Part shown: one piece after another, positions 1 to 8,166 of the stretch
Layout: every line of letters starts with the position of its first letter
How positions within the stretch are numbered: the stretch's first letter is position 1
DNA from: a virus
DNA length: 64,000 nucleotides
IMG/VR virus record: IMGVR_UViG_3300034283_001962
Span: 54,408-118,407 of that record
Direction: 5' to 3' (one strand)
Notes under the pieces: generated by a model
What the model was told of the DNA's origin: nothing
Database searches by the model: none
The model's input: only the letters and a program-made list of their open reading frames with translations
Program-made: the position numbers and the translations under genes

Positions 1-8
1 ATAAATTG
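1..8 (+). mobile_element. Possible 3' end of a group I intron upstream in nadV
   Basis: NAMPT homology starts abruptly after ATAAATTG. There is an in-frame stop at 2-4, and the terminal G followed by CA-TTA-TGT-CCT would restore (G)S/T-L-C-P. The rest lies outside the window. Confidence 0.4.
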
Positions 9-490
9 CATTATGTCCTATTGGTGTACCATGTTTAACAATTACCAATACTGTAGATCATGCATATTGGCTTGTAAACTATTTAGAAACTATTATTTCA
101 GCTTCAGTATGGCAACCGATAACAAGTGCTACTATAGCATTTGAGTACCGTAAATTGCTTAATAAGTACGCTCTGGAGACTACTGGTACAACAGATGGTG
201 TACAATGGCAGGGTCATGATTTCTCAATGAGAGGTATGTCTTCTTTACAATCAGCATGTTCTAGTGGTGCAGGTCATTTACTTTCATTTACTGGAAGTGA
301 CACTGTACCTGCTATTTCATTTCTGGAAGAATTCTATAATGCTGATGTTGAGAAAGAATTGATAGGTGCTTCTATACCGGCAACAGAACACAGTGTAGCT
401 TGTATGAGTAGTAATATAAATCAATATTCACAAGTTGAAGAAGAATTTGATGAATCAATAAATCAATGGAAAATTATCCGTTATTTTTAG
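9..490 (+). CDS. nadV: Nicotinamide phosphoribosyltransferase (NAMPT/NadV), N-terminal piece (exon running in from upstream of the window)
   Basis: Frame 2 reads LCPIGVPCLTITNT...WLVNYLETIISASVWQPITSAT...HDFSMRG...GHLLSFTGSDT...SIPATEHSV, typical NAMPT motifs. In-frame TAA at 2-4; ends at TAG 488-490. Confidence 0.88.
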
Positions 491-1103
491 TTCTTGATAA
501 ATTATCTTTTGCCCAAAGAGGTCGTTGATTTGTATAATGAAAACATTTCTTTTGTTCTTCTGGATTAGTTAAATCAAAAGTAAAACACGGTTTAATATGG
601 TCTATATGCCATTTACCATAGTTTTCCCAAGACATATCTTTATCCATGAGCTTAGAAATATAATCCTTAAAAAAATTAGGAGTACATCCAATAAGATTAA
701 AGGTTTTATCAGCTTTTCTGTTTCCTTTTAAAGCATGATGAACTCTTCTTCTAAGATTTCTTTTAATTTTAAAAGTAGGATCATTTTTATGTAAACGTTC
801 CCAATTTTTCTTATACTCTTTAATTTTCAAATTGTTAATATTACGATAATCTTTATCATAATTAGACTTTTCAGATTTATGAGATTTATAATAAGTTCTT
901 TTAGCTAATCTGTGTTTTTCAATATTTTTTTGATAATGAGATTTGCGAGTTTTATTGAACAAATCAGTGTTATTCTCTCTGTAATTTTTATTAATTAAAT
1001 TAATACAAACTTTACAGATAGAATTATAACCTGATTTAAATCTTTTATTTTTAGGAAAATTATCTAATTCTTTTTCAATATGACATTTTGTACATAATTT
1101 CAT
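474..1103 (-). CDS. Free-standing HNH homing endonuclease with N-terminal Zn ribbon (probable start MKLCTKC at 1103)
   Basis: CxxC...CxxC N-terminus; WHIDHIKP...CFHYTNQRPLWAKDNL HNH motif; antisense between the two nadV pieces. Confidence 0.85.
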   Translation of the reverse strand: MKLCTKCHIEKELDNFPKNKRFKSGYNSICKVCINLINKNYRENNTDLFNKTRKSHYQKNIEKHRLAKRTYYKSHKSEKSNYDKDYRNINNLKIKEYKKNWERLHKNDPTFKIKRNLRRRVHHALKGNRKADKTFNLIGCTPNFFKDYISKLMDKDMSWENYGKWHIDHIKPCFTFDLTNPEEQKKCFHYTNQRPLWAKDNLSRTKNNG

Positions 1104-1107
1104 TGTA

Positions 1108-1139
1108 CAAAAATACACAATGTACACATAACTACCAAA
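1108..1139 (-). promoter_or_regulatory. Bacteroidota-type promoter (TTTG-N20-TAnnTTTG) for the HNH gene, likely leaderless
   Basis: Minus strand TTTG (1139-1136), 20 nt, TATTTTTG (1115-1108), ATG at 1103. Confidence 0.6.
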
Positions 1140-1147
1140 TTATTTTT

Positions 1148-2140
1148 ATGGTAAATTCAAAAAAAGTAAGAACTAGATCTATAACAAAAACAGAACAGTT
1201 ATTTAAAGGTCAAAAAGATATGTTATTAAGACATTTTCAATTATATCCATCAGGTATTCTTGCTGAAGTTATGGATACTTGGAATCTTTGGCAAGTTCTT
1301 ACAGAACTTCTTCCTGATCCTGAAATTAAAGCAGCAATTCTAGCTAGAGATGGTAAGTTAGTTATACGTCCTGATTCTGGTGATCCTGTTGATATTATTT
1401 GTGGTAAACCTATTCCAGAATTTAATACATTAGAAGAAGCAGAAAAACATTTTTATAAAAATGTTTTTGTAAATGGGAATATTCTTTTCAGGTTAAATGG
1501 AGAATTAAGACAAGTTATTACTCATTCTGGAAATACATTTATGAGTCAACTTCTTAAGCAATTTCCTCAAGATAAAGGTGTTATTGAATTGCTTTGGGAT
1601 GTATTTGGTGGTACAGTAAACGAACAAGGTTATAAAGTACTTGATCCACACATAGGAGCTATTTACGGAGATTCAATTACATTAGGTAGAGCTACTGAAA
1701 TCTGTGAACGTTTAAAAGCTAAAGGGTTTGCAAGTACTAATATTGTATTAGGTATAGGTTCATTTACCTACCAGTACAATACTCGTGATACTTTTGGGTT
1801 TGCTGTTAAAGCTACTTATGGTGAAGTACTTCAAGAAACAGGTGTGATATTAACAACATATCCTTCTAAAAAAGAGATGAAACCTGTAGGTCGTGAAATC
1901 TTTAAAAATCCTATTACTGATGATGGTACTAAGAAATCAGCCAAAGGGTTACTTCGTGTAGATCATGTTGTAAAAGTTGATTCTTTAGGTGATGTAGTAA
2001 GTCATGAGTATAAACTTGTTGACCAAGTATCTAAAGAAGAGGAAAAGCAAGGAGCATTAGAAACAGTATTTCTTAATGGAAAACTTGTTAAATTGCAAAG
2101 TTTATCAGAAATTCGCAAAAGATTATCTAAAAACTTATAA
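1148..2140 (+). CDS. nadV: NAMPT C-terminal piece (probable start MVNSKK at 1148)
   Basis: YPSGI...DTWNLW, LVIRPDSGDP, GAIYGDSIT, NIVLGIGSFTYQYNTRDT, KKSAKG motifs. Confidence 0.9.
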   Translation: MVNSKKVRTRSITKTEQLFKGQKDMLLRHFQLYPSGILAEVMDTWNLWQVLTELLPDPEIKAAILARDGKLVIRPDSGDPVDIICGKPIPEFNTLEEAEKHFYKNVFVNGNILFRLNGELRQVITHSGNTFMSQLLKQFPQDKGVIELLWDVFGGTVNEQGYKVLDPHIGAIYGDSITLGRATEICERLKAKGFASTNIVLGIGSFTYQYNTRDTFGFAVKATYGEVLQETGVILTTYPSKKEMKPVGREIFKNPITDDGTKKSAKGLLRVDHVVKVDSLGDVVSHEYKLVDQVSKEEEKQGALETVFLNGKLVKLQSLSEIRKRLSKNL

Positions 2141-2142
2141 TT

Positions 2143-2787
2143 ATGGTTCCAGGAACAGTAACAATGTCATTGGCTGATATAGATAAACTTAGAAATGATG
2201 TCAAAGAAGCTCAAAATCAATTAAAAACAGTTGAAAAAGAAAAAGAAGAAATTAAAGCTGAGAAAAGAGTTTTAAAGATAACTATAACTAAGCATTATAG
2301 TCAAAGTAATAAATATCTTATTGAAGAATTTATTAGATATGCTAGTGCAGAACATAGATTTGATAGTTTACAGTATGTTAAAGATTCTTTTTTTGCTCGT
2401 CACTTTAGATATTATAATAACTTTGGTTATGATTCAGCTAAAAATGCAGAAGATAAAACAGAAGAGTATATCAACTTTGATGATGCAATCTCTGATCTTC
2501 GTAAAGATGTGGAATACAAAGTGTTTACAGAGCTAGAAACTTTAAGAAAAGCTGAACAAACTTATTCACTAAAGTATGAAACATTAAAAGAGCAGTACAA
2601 TAGTGATATAGTAGCCTTCATTAAAGAACATAATGATAGGTATTGTAAATTAATGAAGGAATATACTGATCTAAAAGAAGACAAGGATACTCGTAAAACT
2701 GAGGAAATTCTTAAAGAAAAGATCGCTAAACTCGAAAAAGATTTGTCTGAAGAAAAAGCAAAGAAATGGTATCATAAACTATTCTAA
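2143..2787 (+). CDS. Hypothetical coiled-coil protein
   Basis: 214-aa ORF, K/E-rich heptads, coupled to nadV. Confidence 0.7.
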   Translation: MVPGTVTMSLADIDKLRNDVKEAQNQLKTVEKEKEEIKAEKRVLKITITKHYSQSNKYLIEEFIRYASAEHRFDSLQYVKDSFFARHFRYYNNFGYDSAKNAEDKTEEYINFDDAISDLRKDVEYKVFTELETLRKAEQTYSLKYETLKEQYNSDIVAFIKEHNDRYCKLMKEYTDLKEDKDTRKTEEILKEKIAKLEKDLSEEKAKKWYHKLF

Positions 2788-2820
2788 AAATCTTTAAAAA
2801 TCAAGTAAAAGAAACTAACA

Positions 2821-4509
2821 ATGTTTAAAACTAAGCAAAGTAACTTAATCGAAAAGAAAGAAAGTACTACCATTAAAGGTAAAAAGAATGCATTTGTTGC
2901 AGCAGCTAATGAAAAAGCTGCAGTTACTATTAGTGGTAATGGTGCAATGAAGTACAGTACTACTGGTAATGATTTTGTTGATCAGTTTGGTAAATGCTCT
3001 AATTACAAAGCTCCTCGTAGTTACAATGAAGTAAGTAAAGATATGAGTACGTTATGGGCGATTGATCCACAACAAGCATTTGCTTTTGCATTGTATATTA
3101 GAATGATTACCAGAACAGTATCTTTAATCAATGGTGTAAAAACAACCAGTGTACAAAGAGGACAAGGTTTAAAGCACGAAGGAATCATGAGAATGATCTG
3201 GATTGCTGTAAATTATCCTAATGTATTCTGGAAAAATGCTCACTTGATTGTAGCAGTTGGTTCATGGAAAGATATCATTCAAATGCTCTCTTATGATCTT
3301 CAGTATAATGGTTGGAAAGACCGTTTAATGAACTGGAATTATTTTGGAGATATGATTTTAGCTGGTCTGGAAAATCCAGCTCAGTCTAATTTATTAAAGA
3401 AATACCTTCCTCAGATCAAAGCCAATTCTCGTTGTAAGACTATTGAGGCTCAAGCTGATAACCTAATTAGCAAGTGGATATGTTCACTACTTTTTGGTAG
3501 CAAAGAGAGTACATATAACTATAAGAAATACCGTCAATTAAAAACTAGCGGTACTGCACATGAATGGCAGAAGTTAATTTCAACAAAGAACTTAGTAAAT
3601 ATTAACTTTAGCACTATTCATGGTCGTGCATTAGCTATGATGGTATCTTCTAAGTTCTTGAAAAACAATGGTTTAGAAGCACGTTATGATCAATGGCTGA
3701 CTACACAACCTCTGGTGAAATATACAGGATTTGTGTATGAATTATGTGCAAAGATCAGTGCTATCAAAAAACCATATGAAGAACAAACAATCAATAAGCA
3801 GTTCATGTCTTTGGTTGAAACAGCTAAAAAAGGAGCTAAGAAAGAAACTTCATTGATTGTAGTACGTGATACAAGTGGCTCTATGAGTTCAAATGCAACA
3901 GGTACAAAAATATCATGTGGAGATGTAGCTAAATCTTTAGCTCTGTTCTTTAGTTACATGTTACCAGAAGGAGCATTTAACGATTCTTGGATCGAATTCC
4001 ATAGCACAGCTCAAATGCGTACTTGGAAAGGTAAAACTCCAGTTGAACGTTGGAAGAATGATCATTCTTCGTATGTAGGAGATACAAATTTTGAAGGAGT
4101 AATTGACCTAATTTGTAATATTAAAAGAAAAGGAATTAGTGAAGAAGAGTTTCCAACAGGAATTCTTTGTGTATCCGATGGTGAATTTAATCCTGCTCAA
4201 TTAGGTAAAACTAACGTTGAATCAGCTCGTATAAAGCTTAAAAAAGCTGGTTTCTCTGCTGAATATGTAAAGAATTTCCAGATAATTCTATGGAATTTAG
4301 GTAATTCTTACTACGGTAGAGGTAACTCTGGTAATAAGTTTGAAACTCATGGAGAAACTGAGAACGTGTTTTATTTCTCAGGTCTTGATGGATCAGTTAT
4401 AGCATTTCTTACAGGTTTAGAAGGTCAGAAAGCTGGTGTTCCTAAAACTGATGTAGAATTAATGCAAGCTGCATTAAATCAAGAGATCTTTGGAATGATC
4501 CAGATCTAA
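2821..4509 (+). CDS. Ro60/TROVE-like helical + vWA protein (DUF2828-like), putative RNA-binding
   Basis: N-terminal 'SGNGAMKYSTTGN', RGQG, GSWKD; vWA MIDAS motif 'VVRDTSGSM', 'GDTNF', 'ILCVSDGEF'. Confidence 0.75.
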   Translation: MFKTKQSNLIEKKESTTIKGKKNAFVAAANEKAAVTISGNGAMKYSTTGNDFVDQFGKCSNYKAPRSYNEVSKDMSTLWAIDPQQAFAFALYIRMITRTVSLINGVKTTSVQRGQGLKHEGIMRMIWIAVNYPNVFWKNAHLIVAVGSWKDIIQMLSYDLQYNGWKDRLMNWNYFGDMILAGLENPAQSNLLKKYLPQIKANSRCKTIEAQADNLISKWICSLLFGSKESTYNYKKYRQLKTSGTAHEWQKLISTKNLVNINFSTIHGRALAMMVSSKFLKNNGLEARYDQWLTTQPLVKYTGFVYELCAKISAIKKPYEEQTINKQFMSLVETAKKGAKKETSLIVVRDTSGSMSSNATGTKISCGDVAKSLALFFSYMLPEGAFNDSWIEFHSTAQMRTWKGKTPVERWKNDHSSYVGDTNFEGVIDLICNIKRKGISEEEFPTGILCVSDGEFNPAQLGKTNVESARIKLKKAGFSAEYVKNFQIILWNLGNSYYGRGNSGNKFETHGETENVFYFSGLDGSVIAFLTGLEGQKAGVPKTDVELMQAALNQEIFGMIQI

Positions 4510-4515
4510 AAATAT

Positions 4516-4559
4516 ACAAAGGTAAATTTGGATATTTCGATATCCTTATTTACCTTTGT
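4516..4559 (+). promoter_or_regulatory. Promoter TTTG(4527-30)-N20-TACCTTTG(4551-58) embedded in a long inverted repeat, upstream of the ncRNA array
   Basis: Matches the Bacteroidota -33/-7 consensus; ACAAAGGTAAAT...ATTTACCTTTGT hairpin. Confidence 0.65.
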
Positions 4560-4565
4560 TTTACA

Positions 4566-4680
4566 AGACTACAAACAGCAACACAAAAACAAAAATTCAA
4601 ACTTGAAACTTGAACAAGGAAGTTCGAATCTTCCACCGTTATACCGAGGTAGTTGGTCTGGAAAATCGGTAGTAGTCTGA
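4566..4680 (+). ncRNA. Y-RNA-like unit 1 (closing stem, ACAGCAA, UGA anticodon-like loop, T-arm)
   Basis: AGACTAC/GTAGTCT stem; ACAGCAA 4575-81; TTCAA-a-CTTGAAA-c-TTGAA; GGAAG-TTCGAAT-CTTCC. Confidence 0.7.
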
Positions 4681-4683
4681 ACA

Positions 4684-4744
4684 AAGTCGCTTACAGCAAC
4701 TAAAGCAATCCCTTTGTAATGGAAAAAAGCAAAAAGCGACTTGA
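4684..4744 (+). ncRNA. Y-RNA-like unit 2 (UGU anticodon-like loop)
   Basis: AAGTCGCTT/AAGCGACTT stem; ACAGCAA 4693-99; TCC-c-TTTGTAA-t-GGA. Confidence 0.65.
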
Positions 4745-4748
4745 AATA

Positions 4749-4864
4749 AGAACTCTAACAGCAATATATAATGATTGAGGATCAACTGGTCAGTGGTTCG
4801 AGTCCACTCATTAGAGAAATCTAATGTAGCTCAGCTGGTAGAGCAGTTTAAAAATGAGTTCTGA
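4749..4864 (+). ncRNA. YrlA-like unit 3 with circularly permuted tRNA domain (GAG anticodon-like loop)
   Basis: AGAACTC/GAGTTCT stem; ACAGCAA 4758-64; TGA-TTGAGGA-TCA; T-arm AGTGG-TTCGAGT-CCACT; acceptor-like stem CATTAGA-GAAA-TCTAATG; D-arm TA-GCTC-AGCTGGTA-GAGC. Confidence 0.8.
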
Positions 4865-4866
4865 AA

Positions 4867-4928
4867 AGGTTATCAACCGCAAACCATAATAATTTTCACT
4901 TTTACTGAAAAAAACAAATGGTAACCTG
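4867..4928 (+). ncRNA. Y-RNA-like unit 4 (UUU anticodon-like loop)
   Basis: AGGTTATC/GGTAACCT stem; ACCGCAA 4876-82; TTTTCA-CTTTTAC-TGAAAA. Confidence 0.65.
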
Positions 4929-4932
4929 TATA

Positions 4933-4992
4933 AGAATAGCAACAGCAACTAATAAAATTTCAATTGGTGAAAAAAAACAAATGCTATTCTGA
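4933..4992 (+). ncRNA. Y-RNA-like unit 5
   Basis: AGAATAGCA/TGCTATTCT stem; ACAGCAA 4942-48; TTTCA-ATTGG-TGAAA hairpin. Confidence 0.65.
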
Positions 4993-5370
4993 TTTTTTTA
5001 AATGGGGCAGACCGGATTTGACAGCGAAGGATCGGTAATTACACATGTAGGCAAAGCAAGAACGCCTTAAAACACTTGCAAAACAACAAACGACACTTCT
5101 AAAGAAGCACGTATTGCAGAAGGTGGAGCGGTTATCCGTTCAATCTTCAACAAGGTAGCAGTAGCTGCCTAAGCAATTGGGGGAGTTATCCCTTATTACC
5201 CAAAATAGCAATTGTTTTCTTTGTTTTCTCAAAACAAAGTGGTGGTAGCTCTAACCTTGGTTAGTTCCCTTTACGGTGCAGAAAGTAATTGAATGGGTAA
5301 ACCAGATAATGAAATTAGTACTAAACATGTGAAACGTTGTAATTATTGAAATTTTGTTTGGACGTGGGTT

Positions 5371-6034
5371 TAAAGTCGGACCCGCTATATAGGAATATAT
5401 AGGCAATAATTGGGAGAATTGCTGGAACGCTAAGGATTTATATCTATGCTAATCAGCAGCCGAGCTTCAAGGAAGTTTGAAGAAGGTTCAGAGACTAGGG
5501 ATACTACGGTAAGCCCATAGCACCCAACATCCAGAACGGATGATGATATAGTCCAACATCTATTGAAAAATAGAGAGTTAAAAGTTTGGAGATGTAGTAT
5601 ATTTACCCTATCTTCGTATTAAATAATACGTATGAACTGGGATTATATTACAGGTTTTTTTGATGCAGATGGTTCTATTAGTTTAGTTCGACAGAACAAA
5701 AATAGAGAACGTGCACCTCAAATTTCATTTCATAATAATGAACTGAATATTCTAGAAAATATTCAAAGTTTTATTAAAAAAGAATTGAATATTATAGGTC
5801 ATATTTCTAAGAAAAAGAAAGCTAAAGAACATCATGGTCAACAATATGATTTAAAGTATCACGGTTTTCCAAAATGTATTGTAATTGGAAGTAAATTAAG
5901 AAGTATTCATCAAAAGAAAATTAAAAGAATACTTTTAAGTGAACTTATTCATAAGATAACTCCTAGAAACGGTAAATATAGTGAACAAACACTTAAAACC
6001 AGATCAGAGTTAGAACTCAAATTTTTAAATTAAG
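5371..6034 (+). mobile_element. Group I intron in the tmRNA T-loop
   Basis: P1 GGGTT/GACCC with U-G wobble; P10 AGTCG/CGACT; core AATTGCTGGAA, AATCAGCAG, TCAGAGACTA, GATATAGTCC; terminal G at 6034. Confidence 0.9.
5632..6033 (+). CDS. Intron-encoded single-motif LAGLIDADG homing endonuclease
   Basis: YITGFFDADGSI motif; TAA stop sits directly before the intron's terminal G. Confidence 0.88.
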   Translation: MNWDYITGFFDADGSISLVRQNKNRERAPQISFHNNELNILENIQSFIKKELNIIGHISKKKKAKEHHGQQYDLKYHGFPKCIVIGSKLRSIHQKKIKRILLSELIHKITPRNGKYSEQTLKTRSELELKFLN

Positions 6035-6076
6035 CGACTCCCACCTGCTCCACTTTTTTTAATGCGTAAAAAAGTC

Positions 6077-6107
6077 GCCCGGTATTTTCTAATACTGGGC
6101 TTTTTTA
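6077..6107 (+). terminator. Intrinsic terminator after tmRNA, followed by TAAATTTG (6110-6117) promoter element for polB
   Basis: GCCCGGTATT-TTCT-AATACTGGGC-TTTTTT. Confidence 0.75.
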
Positions 6108-6122
6108 TTTAAATTTGTTCCT

Positions 6123-8153
6123 ATGTATAATGTTAGAATATATGACATTGAGACTCTGAAAGAGTATTTTCTGGTGTGTGTTTATGACCCTAATACAAAT
6201 GAATGGATAGATTTTTCTATTAACAAAAATGTTGATGAGGGGTATAAAATGATTAATTACTTTGAATCACTTAAATGTGATTTTGTAGTTGGTTATAACA
6301 ATGTAAACTTTGATGGTCAGATTATAGAATATGTCATCAGAAATTACCACAAATGGACAGATTTAAATAGGCTTGAAATATGTTACAAAATATGGCAATA
6401 TGCTCAAGATGTAATTGATGATATTAATAATGGTTTATTTGCTCCATTCAGAGAAGAACACTTAACAAACCGACAATTAGATCTTTTAAGAGTTCATCAC
6501 TTTGACAATGAAGCTAAGAGAACAAGTCTTAAGTGGCTTGAGTTCATGATGGATCTGGAAAATATTCAAGATATGCCAATAGCTCATGATGCAACTAATC
6601 TTACAGATAAAGATTTAGAAGAGGTTATTATTTATTGTAGAAATGACGTATTAGCTACACATAAGTTTTATAAATATACTATTGGTAATGTTGAAGATGA
6701 TTGGGTATTTGCTAATTTATATCAAGGAAAGAATAAAATTCAAGATAGATTAGACTTAATTGAAGAATTTACATTTCCTGCAATAGCTATTAACTGGTCA
6801 GATGTACGAATAGGTGATGAGATTAATTTAAAAGGGTACTCCTTACGTACAGGTAGAGATAGAAGTGAAGTATATAAGCTCAAGAAACAGCGCAAACCTA
6901 CCCGTAAAATCACATTTGGAGAATGTATTCCTGATTACGTACAGTTTGAAACTCCTGAGTTTAAAGCATTTTATAATAGTATTAAGAATGTCAGGCTTAC
7001 CTACATGGATAAACAAGAGTTTTTGTTTACTTATAATGGAACAAGATATAATATTGCTAAGGGAGGAATACACTCAACTGAAAAGAAAAGAGCAATTACT
7101 GTTACAGAAAATGAGATACTTAGAGATGCAGATGTAGGTTCACAATACCCTAATGCCATCAAAAAGCGTAAACTGTTTCCTTCTCACTTAGGAAAAGAAT
7201 GGTTAGTTAACTACGAAAATACCATTACAAAAAGGATTGAATATAAACATATTGGTACAGCTAAATATAAAGGTTTATCTGATATGCTTAAGCTTGCTCT
7301 AAATGGTGGTGGTTTTGGTAAAACTAATGAAAATACATCTTGGCAATATGATCCTGTAGTTACATTTTATTGTACTATTGGTAATCAGTTTGAGATTTTA
7401 ATGCTTATTGAAAGGCTTGAAATGGTTGGAATACATTGTGTATCTGCTAATACAGACGGTATTGTATGTAAATTTCATAAAGAACAGGAAGAAAAATACA
7501 ATGAAGTATGTAAATGGTGGGAAGAAACAGTAGGTAATTCTGATCAAGGTAAGCTTGAATATGCTGATTTTAAAGCAATTTATCAAACATCTGTTAATCA
7601 TTATATTGCTATTAAAGCTGATGGTTCAACTAAAAAGAAAGGTCAATTTGCTACTGATTTTGAATTTAACAAGAATAAATCAGGAAGAGTTATACCTTTA
7701 GCACTTGAAACATATTATAAAGATGGAACAGATCCTATAGAATATTTAAAGAATCATACTAATATTTTTGATTTCTGTATTGGTGTAAAAGGTAACAAAA
7801 AGTATTATTATCGTACTCAAAATTCTGATAATCATCAAACTCTAGATTACTTTGATAAAGTACTTAGATATATTATTACTACAAAAGGTGAAATATTATT
7901 TAAAGTAAAGAAAAAAGTATATGAATGGGATGGAGGTAATGATATTATGCATTGTGAAGCTCCAGATTCATTTACTGGTAAACAACCTTTAGTAACAATC
8001 TGTAATACAATTGATAAATCTAAAAGTATTAATGAATATAACATTGATTATGATTATTATTTAAAAGAAATAAATACTTTAATCGAACAGATTAATCGTC
8101 AAGGATCTAAGAAAAAAGGTTATAATAATCCTAATCAAATAACTTTATTTTAA
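6123..8153 (+). CDS. polB: Family B DNA polymerase (crAss-like)
   Basis: Exo motifs YDIET, GYNNVNFD, YCRND; pol motifs DADVGSQYPN, KLALNGGGFGK, SANTDG. Confidence 0.9.
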   Translation: MYNVRIYDIETLKEYFLVCVYDPNTNEWIDFSINKNVDEGYKMINYFESLKCDFVVGYNNVNFDGQIIEYVIRNYHKWTDLNRLEICYKIWQYAQDVIDDINNGLFAPFREEHLTNRQLDLLRVHHFDNEAKRTSLKWLEFMMDLENIQDMPIAHDATNLTDKDLEEVIIYCRNDVLATHKFYKYTIGNVEDDWVFANLYQGKNKIQDRLDLIEEFTFPAIAINWSDVRIGDEINLKGYSLRTGRDRSEVYKLKKQRKPTRKITFGECIPDYVQFETPEFKAFYNSIKNVRLTYMDKQEFLFTYNGTRYNIAKGGIHSTEKKRAITVTENEILRDADVGSQYPNAIKKRKLFPSHLGKEWLVNYENTITKRIEYKHIGTAKYKGLSDMLKLALNGGGFGKTNENTSWQYDPVVTFYCTIGNQFEILMLIERLEMVGIHCVSANTDGIVCKFHKEQEEKYNEVCKWWEETVGNSDQGKLEYADFKAIYQTSVNHYIAIKADGSTKKKGQFATDFEFNKNKSGRVIPLALETYYKDGTDPIEYLKNHTNIFDFCIGVKGNKKYYYRTQNSDNHQTLDYFDKVLRYIITTKGEILFKVKKKVYEWDGGNDIMHCEAPDSFTGKQPLVTICNTIDKSKSINEYNIDYDYYLKEINTLIEQINRQGSKKKGYNNPNQITLF

Positions 8154-8166
8154 AAATTAAGGAAAT

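Larger units (their letters stand above)
5004..6052 (+). ncRNA. ssrA: tmRNA (exons 5004-5370 and 6035-6052); tag ORF 5092-5172 (A)DTSKEARIAEGGAVIRSIFNKVAVAA*
   Basis: 5' GGGGCAGACCGGATTTGACAG; 3' GGACGTGGGTT|CGACTCCCACCTGCTCCA; acceptor stem with G3-U wobble; tag ends in VAA-stop. Confidence 0.9.

Noticed and set aside
488-1147. TAG stop-codon reassignment (known in some crAss-like phages) explaining the nadV break
   Set aside because: Reading through TAG 488-490 meets another TAG and then TAA within about 100 nt. Long genes elsewhere are intact in code 11, and no suppressor tRNA is seen.
400-1200. Group I intron or split intein at the nadV/HNH insertion
   Set aside because: The flanks are too short and lack the P/Q/R/S core, and the downstream piece has no intein C-terminal motif.
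4566-4992. CRISPR array or ordinary tRNA cluster
   Set aside because: Unit ends are self-complementary but differ in sequence, lengths vary from about 60 to 116 nt, and the tRNA arms are permuted with no free acceptor end.
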